Below, piece after piece: positions 26,568 to 40,834 of a stretch of DNA of 64,000 nt (position 1 is its first letter; the number at the start of each line of letters is the position of its first letter). The notes beneath the pieces are model-generated. The model had not been told where the DNA came from and did no database searches. It saw only the letters and a list, made by a program, of their open reading frames with translations. Both the position numbers and the translations under genes were made by a program. This stretch comes from Octopus vulgaris (taxonomy: Eukaryota), in assembly GCA_951406725.2 (NCBI GenBank), contig OX597826.1, forward strand, positions 59,706,001-59,770,000. Direction: 5' to 3'.

Positions 26568-26949
26568 TGTGTGTGCGTATGTATGCATGTATATTTTTAA
26601 TTCACTTTTAACGCTGAAATAAACGATAAAACCACGAACGCTAGATTCACAATTCTTCTCTATCTATCTATGTGAAAAGTTGTATTTATCAAAGAAATCA
26701 ATAATAGGCATATAATTTTGTAGGTTTCGGAAAGAAGGAATATGAGAAAAATTAAGAAAACTAAATATTAATATTTTATGGAAATAGCTAATTGTAAGAC
26801 ACGAAAATTAAATAGGAGTTCACGAAAATTATTAAATTAAGCCCATTTAATTCAATTACAACCACGAGAATAATAAAAATATCAATGATAACAATTGCAA
26901 TGATAAAATGATAAATATAAATATATAATCTTAATAAGAACGATGATGT

Positions 26950-26975
26950 TGCTAATAATGATAATGATAATGATG

Positions 26976-27062
<87 letters not shown>

Positions 27063-27166
27063 GTAAGTATAACAGCAACCAGGATGTTAATGGTCCTGAA
27101 GAGGTTGCTGATTATACAACGGCTACAGATGGTGATGGTGATGGTGATAATGATAATGATGATGCT

Positions 27167-27197
<31 letters not shown>

Positions 27198-27398
27198 ACG
27201 ACAACGACGACGACGATAAAAGGTTCGTACCGGAGATATTGCCGTTGATGCTGCTGATTATACGGATGCTGGCACAGAACGAAGAAGCCATAGTTTTATT
27301 AATTAGAACTGGATGAAGCCGTTTCGCATAGCAGAACATGAATAATGATAAAAATCAACAACGATTCTGGCATTATAATTGTTGTTATTGCTATTATC

Positions 27399-27458
<60 letters not shown>

Positions 27459-27720
27459 TGTTTTTCATCTTCCTTCGATTTTGTTTCCATTTCATTATTG
27501 TTGTTGATGTGGTTGTTTTTATTGTATTATTTTATTGGTATTTACTATTATTTTTATCATTCTTGTTGTTGTTGTTGTTGTTGTTCTTCTTCTTCTTCTT
27601 CTTCTTCTTCTCCTTCTTCTTCTTCTTCTTCTTCTTATTATTATTATTATTATGTTATTATTATTATTATTGTTGTTGTTGTTGTTGTTGTTGTAGTTAT
27701 TATTATTATTATCATCATCG
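26950..27720. repeat. Compound trinucleotide microsatellite block (AAT, GAT, TTA, TTG, TTC)
   Basis: Direct reading. Confidence 0.9.
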
Positions 27721-28519
27721 CTGTTATCATTGGACTACTACGATATTGATTACACTATTGCCGTTACCTCTATAATTATCGTGAAAATAATTGTCATTTT
27801 ATTTCAGATATATTATTATTAGAAACTCTCATTACGAATTTGAGCGCAGCCTAGCGTTCCATGGGTCCGTGCGGGACTTCGTCGTTCTTTACTATTATTC
27901 TGTTGTATTCACACTATATTTTGTAAATTATCTCCATTAACTAGAGTATTTAGCCTCGTTTATCACTGATTCATTCACGACTGATGCAGGATAACACGAC
28001 ACATCCAATTGTGAAAACTGTTACATTTATCCCCGATTGTTGTGTGATAACACTGTTCGGATATTAGTCGAACATTCGGTTGAAACACACAAAAAAATGA
28101 AAGCGTCCCAACGAACACTCACAATGGTCAGCAACTCAAAATGGCTGTCACTTATCTCTATATTATCGTACTCTGAATTTGCTTATAATTATACATAGTT
28201 GCATATTCATCCCATTAAAATGAGACTATTGAACAGAGAAAGGCGCGTGCTCCTAACATATGACGGGACTGAGCGTATTCTCTACAGGAAATGTTAAAGA
28301 TGATCAAGGATATCAGTAACAGTAGAAGTTTCACTGAAGTGGGTCGCGAGTTTCATGTCACTGAAAATATCTCTATCAGCATCTACAAAAAGGGTGGGAA
28401 TAATTTATTTATCATCAGTCCTAAGTTAATGTAGATAGCTTAGATATGTTTCAGACAAAGATGGTCGCATACAATGTCTTACATTAGAATATGTTAAGTA
28501 ATTTTTCAATCAAGGTTTC

Positions 28520-29420
28520 TGGTATCATGACCTATTCAAGTAGGGAGATGTTGTCGACTGAAATGTATCCAGGTACAGGTGGGATATTTGGTGTCTCTTG
28601 AAGAAAATGGCCCAGGTTTTGGTGATGGGATCTTTTCCAGGTGTTGAGATCTTTTTACTCTTTTACTCTTTTACTTGTTTCAGTCATTTGACTGCGGCCA
28701 TGCTGGAGCACCGCCTTTAGTCGAGCAACTCGACCCCGGGACTTATTCTTTGTAAGCCTTGTACTTATTCTATCGGTCTCTTTTGCCGAACCACTAAGTG
28801 ACGGGGACGTAAACACACCAGCATCGGTTGTCAAGTAATGCTATGGGAACAAACACAGACACACAAACACACAAACACACACACATACATATATATACAT
28901 ATATGCGACAGGCTTCTTTCAGTTTCCGTCTACCAAATCCACTCACAAGGCATTGGTCGGCACGGGGCTATAGCAGAAGACACTTGCCCAAGATGCCACG
29001 CAGTGGGACTGGAATAATGTTGAATAGGGCAGGGTCTGTTGAGAAAATGAAATTTTATTGCAGTGAATTTATGTGTTGTGAACGTGTAATGTATAGGGAA
29101 CGTATGGCACGTGACCCCAGTCTTGGATCAATTCTATATTTAATATAAAAGGTAACATTACGCAAATGATGTAGCGCTCACGGTGACACTGGAGAGAATA
29201 AAAAATTAATGCTAAGGCGGTCCCAGTAATCAAGATCAGTCAGTCCCTTAATCTCTTTAGTGAATGCTTGCTGGCGTGGCTCAATTCTCGTAATGCTTTG
29301 CTTGGTGTTGGGAAACCAGAGGGGGCAGCGGTATTTTCGGTTTGTCCGCACAAAATCATATATTACTATGCGATAAATAAGGATACACGTAGGCACAAGT
29401 TCAATACAGACTAATATGTT
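28520..29420 (-). pseudogene. CR1-group LINE 3' remnant interrupted by a SINE
   Basis: FVRTNRKYRCPLWFPNTKQSITRIE..QQAFTKEIKGLTDLDYWDRL and PRLG..PALFNIIP; resumes left of the SINE with a segment similar to 21880-21980. Confidence 0.7.
28650..29010 (-). mobile_element. SINE group A (head truncated), nested in CR1
   Basis: Matches group A; (TTTTACTC)n tail. Confidence 0.85.
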
Positions 29421-29731
29421 ATAATTAATAGAAACTCTAACAGTGATATGAAGAAAATTCATTAACGTTAATTAAAATTTGTTCTCATGATTGGTCATAG
29501 TGATAACTGAAACTCTCATCAAAGAAAAATTAAATGGAGACTGGCAGAGGTAGAAGAATCCTATCTTTGCTAGAAATGAGGAAAATTTCGAACCGCCTAT
29601 GAAAATTTTAAAATGTTTGTTTCTATAACTGGAGTTACAATATATTATTATTGGGGATTCTATTTAATTATTTACCTATTTACTTATTTATTACTCATTT
29701 CTCTACTGTCTATTATATATCCTTTTATGTG

Positions 29732-29796
<65 letters not shown>

Positions 29797-30087
29797 ATTA
29801 TCCTCCTCCTCCTCCTCATTGTTATTATTATTGTTATAACTTTTATTACTTTGCTCTCGATATATGACCGATGTTCTGTCATGTATCATGTAAGGACCTT
29901 TCTATTTGGACGTTCGTTTCCGATCGAGCCGTTTCGATTCGCGTGGAGGAGCCAGCTCCGCCCTCCTCACATCAATTTTTGTAAGTTAAGCCTCATTCGC
30001 CAATTTAGAAACTTTGTAGTCTAGGTAGAATGCAAAAAGATCTATCTCTAGAGGCGGTGGCGCCCGCGAAGTAATGTACCAGTTGCG

Positions 30088-30910
30088 GGCTGTTATGGAT
30101 AATTTCCAAATGTCTTTGGCCTGGCAGTGCTACCGGGAAGTGGGGGCGATATCGGGTCGAGTTAAACTCTTCAGGCACTGTTCTGCTGTCAGACGGGCTT
30201 ATCCGATGTGCTCTCAGAGCGACGAAACAATTCTGAATGCACTCGTTCAGTGTACAGACATTGCTGAATCGTGGAGTTATTTCGAACAGCTACTGTCGCG
30301 TGTAGGAGAGATCCGTATGTCGTCCAAGTCCATGATGAAGATCGACATACAGCCCTTCTTTAATCGGGCTGCCAAGGCAGCTTTCCTTTGTCTGGTGGCT
30401 GTGGCGAAAGAGGATATCTGGTGGACGAGGCTGAAAGGAATGAGAACAGACACTTTCCTCCTTGGTAAAGACCTAATCGACATTTTCAAATTTTACGTGA
30501 AGAAGAAAGTGAGGGTGGAGAGTGAGGTGCTGTCCTCGAGTGAACTTTAGAAAAAGTGGGTGAAAGTTACGAAAGTGGCAAGAGTGGATAGTACTTCTTC
30601 CAATGTAGAGCTGTGAGTCGGAAGTAAAAAGTTGGCGTGAGCTCTCGTCCTTGGTACTCAGGGTTATCTTCGATGGTTTGAGTTCCTTGATTATCCTTAG
30701 AGGTCCTCCCGAATCAGAGTGATCCCATCACGATCCCATTTTCTCCCTCTTTTTCTAGTGTCACATACTATGTATTCTTCCCTTCTAATGTATATCGTGT
30801 ATACTACTTATTTTATTTTATCCTTCCATTATATGTAAAGTCCCACACTTTATGTCTGGTCTTTGTATTGTTACTCTTATCCTTCGTCCTGGTAGCAAAT
30901 AAAAGAACTT
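30088..30910 (+). pseudogene. Tx1-type LINE 3' fragment (diverged relative of the 17.5-kb element)
   Basis: MDNFQMSLAWQCYRE..KLFRH..QSDETILNALVQC..VAVAKEDIWWTRLKG..KKKVRVE aligns with the end of the 470-aa ORF; T-rich 3' UTR with AATAAA. Confidence 0.85.
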
Positions 30911-30912
30911 AT

Positions 30913-31131
30913 AATTTCCCTACTGAATCCATGCAATAAAGTTACAACGTTTCTAGAAGACTGCCATTATGGCGATGACGGTGACGACAACGACGTCGTC
31001 GATGATGATGATGATGATGATGATAACACCTAGATATGTCCCGTGTTTTTGTGTTACCTAATATCATTTTTATCAGATGGCAGTCTTCTAGAAACCTTGT
31101 AACTTTGTTGCATGGATTCAGTAGGGAAATT
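30913..31131. repeat. 55-bp inverted repeat (30913-30967 / 31077-31131)
   Basis: AATTTCCCTACTGAATCCATGCAA..TTCTAGAAGACTGCCAT and its reverse complement with 2 mismatches. Confidence 0.85.
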
Positions 31132-32551
31132 GGCATAAAGTTCTTGTATAAAGAAATGCGTGCAATATGTTTTTGTTTATTTTTTTCTTAAAGAAATATT
31201 AATAAGAAAATATACTAGAAATATGTGAAACGTAGAAATACAGATAAGAGAATTATATATATGAAAAAAAAAATGACTGACTTACAAATACGTAGGCGAA
31301 ATTAGATGAGTGTATAACGCAGGGAAATAAAAGGAACAGTTAGGAAGTAATATTGTAGACGTATTGGATTAATAATTTAAACTCAGCTAAATGTCAAGAA
31401 TCAGGTGATCAGTAACAATACCCTGGCGGTTGAAGTAATAAATTAGAGTTAGAATATTCTCCACTGGAAGTTAACTGAATTAGCTGACTAGATAAGAGAA
31501 ACAAGGAAAATGATGCCTGTATTTAGAATACTTATATCTAAAAGACGAACAGAGAAAGATTACGTTTACATTTACTACGAATGTGGTAGAAGTAGGTGTC
31601 TTCTGCTACTAATACAAATTGTTATACGTTGTAGGGTTACTAAAATATTGAGTAAAGAACAAAGTGAAATTAATAATAGAGTTAGTTACGAAAGTTGTAT
31701 GCAAAAAGAAAAAAAAAACCAGGCCTTGCGTTATATTTTATAGGAATCCAACAGATATGACATAGATATTGCGGTAGCTGATATCTGAGATGAAAATGAA
31801 GATATACTATGAAGAAATACTAGAAGGATAAAACATTTGTTGAGAATCTAATGCTAAAAGAACCATAACAAGAACCAGAGTATTTTCGGTACATGAGAAG
31901 GTGGAGACCTTTTCGTGGAGGTCTTATTTTGGCCGAATCTGGAGCAAGGGTCCACGATACTACTTGACTTCGAAATGCTCAAAAACTAATGAGATGCACG
32001 TTTTTAATGTTCTAGTTCAATTATTGCAATTTTAACGAGTGCAGGACAACAATGGTCAGCGAGAGGATTAACTGGGCGAAGTAGTCTGTAGGAGTACTGG
32101 AGATTGGACATATGACAAATATAGAAAGAAAAGAGAGGAGTGACGGGGAGAGAAAGAGAGAGAGAGAGAGAGAGAGGGGGGATTAAGAGAGGAATGATTT
32201 AGAATGGTTTGAATCGAAGTGTCACAGGACCAAAACTTTCTTATATCTAAAGGCCGCAATAGCAACGGCAGACAAATACAGAACTAGGAGACAACACATA
32301 TGTGTGGTAGTCTGAATTCTATCGGCGAAAAGCCCCACTAATATCATGTGGGTAACCGGAACCAGTCCAGGATATATTTATGGCTACCCTCAACGGTGGT
32401 ACAGATTAGAGAATAGTAACCCATTATACGACCAATTCCAGTATTGTGGATATTTATTATTAAGTCTCAGTTCGGAAGAGAAATGCCAGCCCTTTGATGG
32501 CATTTTCCCCAGTGAGAGCGACTCGGTTACTGTGAATCCTGATATTCATAA

Positions 32552-32586
<35 letters not shown>

Positions 32587-32649
32587 GATATATGCACCTG
32601 TACATGCATGGTCATATATACACAAGTTTCTCTATCTCTCGTAAATCTC

Positions 32650-32710
<61 letters not shown>

Positions 32711-32837
32711 TGTTTAAATATTTGGATGGTTGGACGGATCGACCGACGGACGGACGGACACACGACGAGAAGATGGATTGATGGATGGATGGATGAATGG
32801 ATGGATAGATAGACAGATAGATGGCTGTGTGTGTGTG

Positions 32838-32891
<54 letters not shown>

Positions 32892-33415
32892 CATACATAT
32901 ATATACTATATACATATGCATATATATATATGTATATGCATATATATACATATATGTATATGCATATATATATATATATATATACATATGTATATATATA
33001 TATATATATAGGTATATATATATAGATATATATATAGATAGATAGATAGATACAAACATACATACATATATACATAATCTATATATGTATATTTATTTGG
33101 TTATGTTTCTTTGAATTATTGGCCAATTTTGTCTAGGTATAAGCAATAAAGATAAAAGCCATATAATTAATCAACAACAAATATTGAACACGAATCACTT
33201 AAGAACATATGACCAATGTACTGGTTCCATTACTGTGTACTGTAAAAAAACCGACAACAGGAACAACACTAAATGACATAGTGTAAGTAAATATAAAATA
33301 TGTAAACAACAGCAAACCAAAGGCAATTTATGATGTATTGCTCATTAAGTCTTTCCTGGTTCCTAATAGCTGGCTACAATTTTTTTTCTGTAAACGTCAA
33401 TGCTTTCATATTATG

Positions 33416-33475
<60 letters not shown>

Positions 33476-33484
33476 TAGATAGAT

Positions 33485-33532
<48 letters not shown>

Positions 33533-33901
33533 GTTTCTATGTATGTATATATATATTCATATATGAATACATATATATATATATATATACACACATACAC
33601 GATCACACGCACTCATATATATATACGTTTGTGTGTATATATACATAATTATATTTGTACATATGTGCGTATGGGTTTATATATATATATATATTTATAT
33701 ATTTATTTATTTATATTTATATGTGTGTTTAATATATAAACAGTCAAAGCATATGAAGCAATCAGAGACAACAATAAAAAAGCATACAAAATATTAAATA
33801 AAATATAAGCCAAAGAAAAAGTGAGAAAATTGCTACAGACAGTAGCATGAAGATTCTTATACACATACATACATATACATCTAAATACAATGATACATAC
33901 A

Positions 33902-33935
<34 letters not shown>

Positions 33936-34097
33936 CTTATATACGTATGTGTGTGTATATTTGTGTATGTACATACATAGATACGCATGTGCATACGTAC
34001 GTACGCAAATGATCTACAAATCTATGATTGAGCTGTTCACACACACACACAGACATTTATATATATATATTTATATATATATTTATATATATATATA

Positions 34098-34276
34098 TTT
34101 TTTTTTCTCTCCTTCTTTCTGTGTTTTTCTCTCTCTGTGTATCTTTCTGTTGAAGAGCGTAGGCTCGAAACGTTAAATACTTGTTTTATTTATATTTCCT
34201 GAGCGCCATACTAATACAATTGTTCGTTTGTTTTCCACCTGCCTTCGTCTTTTGTTTATTTTCATAAAGCTTCCCG

Positions 34277-34279
<3 letters not shown>
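34098..34279 (+). mobile_element. Penelope-like 3'/pLTR fragment in (TA)n
   Basis: HHR fold followed by CCTGAGCG and CCAC..CC.(T)CG motifs shared with 35354-35557; ends in (TA)n. Confidence 0.6.
34139..34180 (+). ncRNA. Minimal type I hammerhead-like motif (CUGUUGA core)
   Basis: GTATCTTT CTGTTGA A GAGC-GTAG-GCTC GAAAC GTT AAATAC; palindromic AACGTT; imperfect stem I. Confidence 0.55.
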
Positions 34280-34312
<33 letters not shown>

Positions 34313-34733
34313 TTGTATGTATAGATGTGATTATATAAATACGTTCGCCCGCGTTCTTTTCTGTATATACACATACACTCACCTTCAGGCACAGTCACAT
34401 AATATATATATATATATGTACGCATCAAAGCATATATCTACAGAAACAGATTTACGCATATATATTCCGAGACAGATACGTATTGAAATATAATTTGTAG
34501 AAATACATTCATGACACATTTTAATTATTTCTAGAAGACTAAACTGAGTTAAAATAAAAAAAGAAAGAATGACTAAATAAATAATTGAATAAACAGATAT
34601 ATGACAAAAAAGAAAGATAACAACACGTTCAAAATATGTTGTGTCTCTCTACATTGTGATCTCTCAGTCAGTCTGTCTCTGTTCAAAATATAACATACGA
34701 TACAAACAGAAACATACTCTTATGCATCTGTGC

Positions 34734-34766
<33 letters not shown>

Positions 34767-34962
34767 AGCAAATATAGACATTCTCATCTGTGTTTTAACA
34801 CGTAATCTTTTCTCTCTTTCTCTCTTTAATTCCCTTTATTCTCTGTGTACTTACTATTCTTCTCTTATTTGTATCTCCGTACATACACAAATATAATCTA
34901 TTCAGTGTGACTGAGATCAAAACCAAATATAGAAAAAAGATGAGTTGGCATTATATATATAA

Positions 34963-34999
<37 letters not shown>

Positions 35000-35000
35000 G

Positions 35001-35317
35001 GGAGGCGCAATGGCCCAGTGGTTAGGGCAGCGGACTCACGGTTGTAGGATCGTGGTTTCGATTCCCAGACCGGGCGTGTTTAGTGTTTTAGTGTTTATTG
35101 AGCGGAAACACCTAAAACTCCACGAGGCCCCGGCAGGGGTGGTGGCGATCCCTTCTGTACTCTTTCGCCACTATTTTCTCTCATTCTTTCTTCTGTTGGC
35201 CTGCTCGCTTAGCTAGCGGGGTGGCGTCATTTGAAGGCTAAAACAATGTGAAGCGCATTTTGACCGGCGATGTGTAGCAACATCTGATAGCCTGGTCGGT
35301 CACGGTGATCACGATGA
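35001..35317 (+). mobile_element. tRNA-derived SINE group C, tail type 1
   Basis: GGAGGCGCAATGGCCCAGTGGTTAGG (A box) ... GGTTTCGATTCCC (B box). Confidence 0.85.
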
Positions 35318-35353
35318 TATATATGTGTGTGTGTGTCTGTGTCTGTGTGTGTG

Positions 35354-35553
35354 TGACCGCGAGTGTATCGTCGGCGATTTTCTTTCCCCGTCTTCCCTTC
35401 ATTGGACTTTTCTCTTTTTCTATATTTCTGACGAAGGGCTCCGCTCGAAACGTTAAATCCTCCTTCTTTCTTTCCATTCCTGAGCGTCCAATAAAACCAT
35501 TCTTATTTCCACGTCCTCGCGTTGTTGTATTTTCTCTTTGCTCATGTTTGAAT

Positions 35554-35557
<4 letters not shown>
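35354..35557 (+). mobile_element. Penelope-like 3'/pLTR fragment ending in (TA)n
   Basis: Contains a minimal HHR; related to 34098-34279. Confidence 0.6.
35424..35458 (+). ncRNA. Minimal type I hammerhead ribozyme
   Basis: ATTT CTGACGA A GGGC-TCC-GCTC GAAAC GTT AAAT: canonical CUGANGA/GAAA core, palindromic AACGTT. Confidence 0.7.
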
Positions 35558-35590
<33 letters not shown>

Positions 35591-36007
35591 GCGAGGTGCA
35601 TTCGTGACTGAAATATGTAGAACAATATAAAGAAAGTATGCCATTTTAATCCCATGCATTTTAAATCCTAGGCTCTAAAGAAATTTATTGTTTCACGAAA
35701 ACATTGAATTTTAATGTACGTTTAATCTTTACGATTATTGATAACAATACTGACTAACCTGTGTGACTGACTCAGGCACGTGTGAAGGATGTCGAGAGAA
35801 CGCCTTCTACGAATGATATTTTTTGATACAGTTCTCTTCTATGACACCGGCAGGCACAGAACGAAAATAAGTAAACTGTAACCAGGCTGAATAAAAGGAT
35901 CCCTAAAATTGCATACTTCATGTAAGTGTTAGCAGAAATTAAACCAGCTTACAAATACACGTTTACTTTACTATATTTATAAAAAGCCAAGCCCGAACTG
36001 CCAGAGT

Positions 36008-36170
36008 GGTGGAGTGGCTGTGTGGTAAATAGCTTGCTTACCAGCCACATGGTTCTGGGTTCAGTCCCACTGCGTGTCACACTGGGTAAGTGTCTTCTAC
36101 TGTAGCCTCGACCAAAGCCTTGTGAGTGAATTTGGTAGACGGAAACTGAAAGAAGACCGTCATATATATA

Positions 36171-36224
<54 letters not shown>

Positions 36225-36446
36225 GTGTGTATGTACATGTTTTTGTGCTTGCCCCCCCCAAAAAAAAATCGCTTGACAACCGATGCTGGTGTGTTTACGT
36301 CCCTGTCACTTAGGCAAGAGGGACCGATAGAATAAATACTAGGCTTACAAAGAATTAGACCTGGAGCTGAAAGCACTATAGGTGGTGCTCCAGCATGGCC
36401 GCAGTCAAATTATTGAAACAAATAAACGACACAAGAAATAAAAGAA
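36008..36446 (+). mobile_element. SINE group A
   Basis: GGAGTGGCTGTGTGGTAA..GGTTCAGTCCCACTGCG head and group A tail. Confidence 0.85.
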
Positions 36447-36460
36447 TTATATATATATAC

Positions 36461-36491
<31 letters not shown>

Positions 36492-36517
36492 CGTGTGTTT
36501 GTGTGTACAAGCATACT

Positions 36518-36578
<61 letters not shown>

Positions 36579-36579
<1 letters not shown>

Positions 36580-36687
36580 CAATTAAGGAACGGCCATAAT
36601 AGGCCATTCACCCACTAGAAATAACAGCCAAAGCTTCTACCGCAAATAAAGATTAATTCCGTAAACAGGAGATTAATTCCGTAAACA
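36579..36687 (-). mobile_element. Truncated copy of the 491-bp HHR unit family
   Basis: ACAATTAAGGAACGGCCATAATAGGCCATTCACCCACTAGAAATAACAGCCAAAGCTT..ATTAATTCCGTAAAC matches 62751-62845; inside (TA)n. Confidence 0.85.
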
Positions 36688-36701
36688 TATATATATATAT
36701 G

Positions 36702-36760
<59 letters not shown>

Positions 36761-36840
36761 ACATACATACATACATACATACATACACACACACATAGGT
36801 AAAAAGTAAAGTTTTATTCTAGACACGTACCGATACATAC

Positions 36841-37052
36841 CGGCTGGTTTCCCCGATTTCCATGGAGTATATATTCGCCACCTGGACTGGACGTCGGTCT
36901 GCGGTAGGATTACAGCATTACTGAATGGAGTGGATAAGACCGAAATGAAATATTTTTGCTCAAGATCACAACGTGTTGGCCAATCCAGGATACGAAATCA
37001 CAATCTTACGATCATGTATCCAAGGCCCTAAGCAGTAATTTAGGTGCCTTCA
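36841..37052 (-). mobile_element. Degenerate tRNA-SINE sharing the tail of the 1310-1631 element
   Basis: GGTTTCCCCGATTTCCATGG..CACCTGGACTGGACG resembles 1360-1410, but the middle region differs. Confidence 0.5.
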
Positions 37053-37099
37053 CAAAAGTTAGACAGAAATATGTGTGTACGTGTGTGTGTATATATATG

Positions 37100-37138
<39 letters not shown>

Positions 37139-37382
37139 TTATATATAGTTATATATGTACATGCACACACATACACACATATATATAAGTATATATACAT
37201 ACTTATATATATATGCTTTCGTCTGTATGTATACACGATAGTACATATCTCAAATAAAGACACACACACACACACACAAATACACACACAGACGGGACGC
37301 CACACACACACACGCACACATATGTACAGCACCACATACTTAAAGCGTGTAAAGAGATGAAGTACATATTCATATATGCATG

Positions 37383-37419
<37 letters not shown>

Positions 37420-37974
37420 TCACTCGGATACCCTCTCGGAGCAATGTTTATTGTCACCTCAAAGGAAAGACGGTGTTTGTAAAATTAGCATTGTTTCAAT
37501 GGCTTCGAATTAGTTATAGCTGGTCGCCGCCCTTTTCTTCCATTGCGCTACACCATTTTTCTTCTTCGGCTTAATTCCTTTCCCCTCCTATTTCACACCT
37601 CTCTCCATTTCTCTCCTCACATTTTTTCTCTTTCCCTTTCTCTCTTACTGTTCTCTCTTTCTTTCTTTTTTTCTTTCTTCCTTTCTTTCTTTCTTTCTTT
37701 GTGTCTCACCCCCTTCTCTGACTCTCCTTTTATCTTTCTCTCTGCTATCTACTTCATTATCTCTCTGAGACATTAAAACATCACCTTTCACTATAAACCT
37801 TTATATCTCTGTCTATGTCTAATTTTTATATCTTACCCGTACGTTTATGTATGTGTGTCTGTGGATATACACATAAGTACATTTCAAATATGCAAGCATA
37901 TATACATACATACACACACACGCAAAAACACTCACATATGTACATATATATATAAATATATATATGTATATATA

Positions 37975-38077
<103 letters not shown>

Positions 38078-38509
38078 ATATATAGATGCATGTATATATG
38101 TACATATGTCCATCGTTTGATCTATCTGTTGCAAATACTATCTTCAGTTGTCTCCCTCTTAATCACTTGCTGTACCTATACACACACTTACATGCACACT
38201 CACACGCTCAGAAACAGTCACATTAACACATATCCTTCTTTCGCTCACCCCCACCCCATCCAGACGTCAGATTTCTTATTTTCTTCATTTTTCCCCATCT
38301 GATCTCGTAACTGATTTTAGTCTCTCATCTTCCTCTCTCTCTTTCTCTCTCTCTTTCTTATTTCTATCTTCCAGTTTCTGTATTCACACACACACACACA
38401 CAGAAACACACACACACATATATCCCTATCCATATATATAATATATATATCCCTAACCATACACACACATATATATATATACACATATACATATATGTAT
38501 GTATGTATG

Positions 38510-38557
<48 letters not shown>

Positions 38558-38629
38558 CATACGTATATAGATATATATGTTTATGTATATATACACATAT
38601 ATATGTTTATATACATATATATACATATA

Positions 38630-38686
<57 letters not shown>

Positions 38687-39162
38687 GTATATATAGGTGT
38701 ATATGTATGTATCTGGCCACAAGATTCCTCTTGTGAAGTAGTACTTCTCTTCCTCAAGTACACCGGCACACACTTTGGAAGTCGGCCAAAAGCTGGATCA
38801 ATGTCACACCCACATGCCACCCAGAGTCCAGCAGCCTTTCAGTTCCTGTCCAAATGAAACCCGAAAGCATCCCGATGAAAAGAGCTTGCCATTGATTCAT
38901 TCATTAGACAAGATTGACTGAAGAGCGAATCGACAAAGAAACCTTATCCTCACACAAATAACACTAAGTGAATTAACACTTAAAGTACATCAGTAGTAGT
39001 AGTAGTAGTAGTAGTAGTAGCAGTAAAAGTGGTGGTAGTGGTAGTGGTGGTAATGGTGGTGGTGCCGGCGGCGGTGCTGGTGACTGTAGTATGACTGTGA
39101 AATCTCATAATGTGATCCAGCTCTGCGGCACGCATATCATCTTTTCCCTCCCCATCAAATTC

Positions 39163-39367
<205 letters not shown>

Positions 39368-39476
39368 TCTGTCTTTCTTTCTACCTGTCGGTCACTGTGT
39401 TTGCCTATATAATGATTTTTTTATATGCTTACAGTTATATATTTATACATACATACATATATACATACATTCATAT

Positions 39477-39566
<90 letters not shown>

Positions 39567-39869
39567 TAGCTTGATATTGCTGTCACAGTCTGGTAAGAAG
39601 TTTGCTCCACAACTATATACGCCTTTGCTCAGTTTCACTGTGTTGTAGATTGAACGACCGATTTATCGTCCCGGCCGACGCGACGAAATTTATTAGAGTA
39701 CGTGGCAGAAGGAAAATGGAAGAAATCCCCCGTGCATGTATATATATATATTTCCTCTCTAGTTTCAGCTCATAGCTGTGGCCATACTGATGCACCGCCG
39801 TTAAAAACTAGGCTTTCCTATCCACGTGGTACTCGAACCTCGAACCCGCTTCCCTTGTTAATGTACCTG

Positions 39870-40062
<193 letters not shown>

Positions 40063-40796
40063 AAATTGAATGCACAGAAATATAAGCATTAACATATTTA
40101 TGGATAAATCTGTGTTTACATTGGATAAATAGATAGATAGATAGACGCTCGTGAATATTTAGAGATTTACTTTTCTTGATATACACACTCAGTAAACATT
40201 AACTATATCACCCAATATGAAAGAAAAACAAAAATGTATGGAATTGTGACAAAAGGTCAGAAATTTCCGGGAGCTGTTAAGTCGATTTTATCGAACACGT
40301 GTTCAAAAAGCAGCTATTGTATCGACTCCAAATAGATGGATGGTAAATTCGACCTCGACGGGTCGACTTTAAAAGCTGAAGAAGGCCGAAATGCCTTCTT
40401 ATATTCTTATAAGAATTCGCGGAGTTTTTCGTACGGCGGGCTAAAGATTCTGCCAGCTTAGCGACATATTTGTGAAAGGAAATAAATATCGAATCTCTTT
40501 TTGTTTTATTAGCCTCCAGACATATTTCGCCCTGATACATCCCATAATGATAGGTGTTCCAACTTTGATGCATCTTTAAACTTCTCGAAATCACACTGTT
40601 CCTATAGAATATGAATAGCCACTTTATGGGTCTCACCTCCTGAAAGACAACATGCATGTCACTATATAGCTGTAACTCGGCTGGTGCTTAACGTAGTTAT
40701 TTAGATAGACTAATAAATGTTTTTTTGGAACATTCGTGGTTGTAATGCCACTTAGATTTTCACACATACACATGAACACGCATACGTTTGTGTGTG

Positions 40797-40834
<38 letters not shown>

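Noticed and set aside
31850-32520. Gypsy integrase-like traces (FWPNL.., YPQ..)
   Set aside because: Motifs are too short and broken to support without a database search.
38710-38950. GC-richer island between microsatellites
   Set aside because: No recognisable frame, termini or RNA fold.
40374-40400. CTGAAGA-AGGCC-GAAA hammerhead-like string
   Set aside because: Lies in a decayed SINE B at a position that normally reads ..GACGAAATGCC; no stem I or NUH site.
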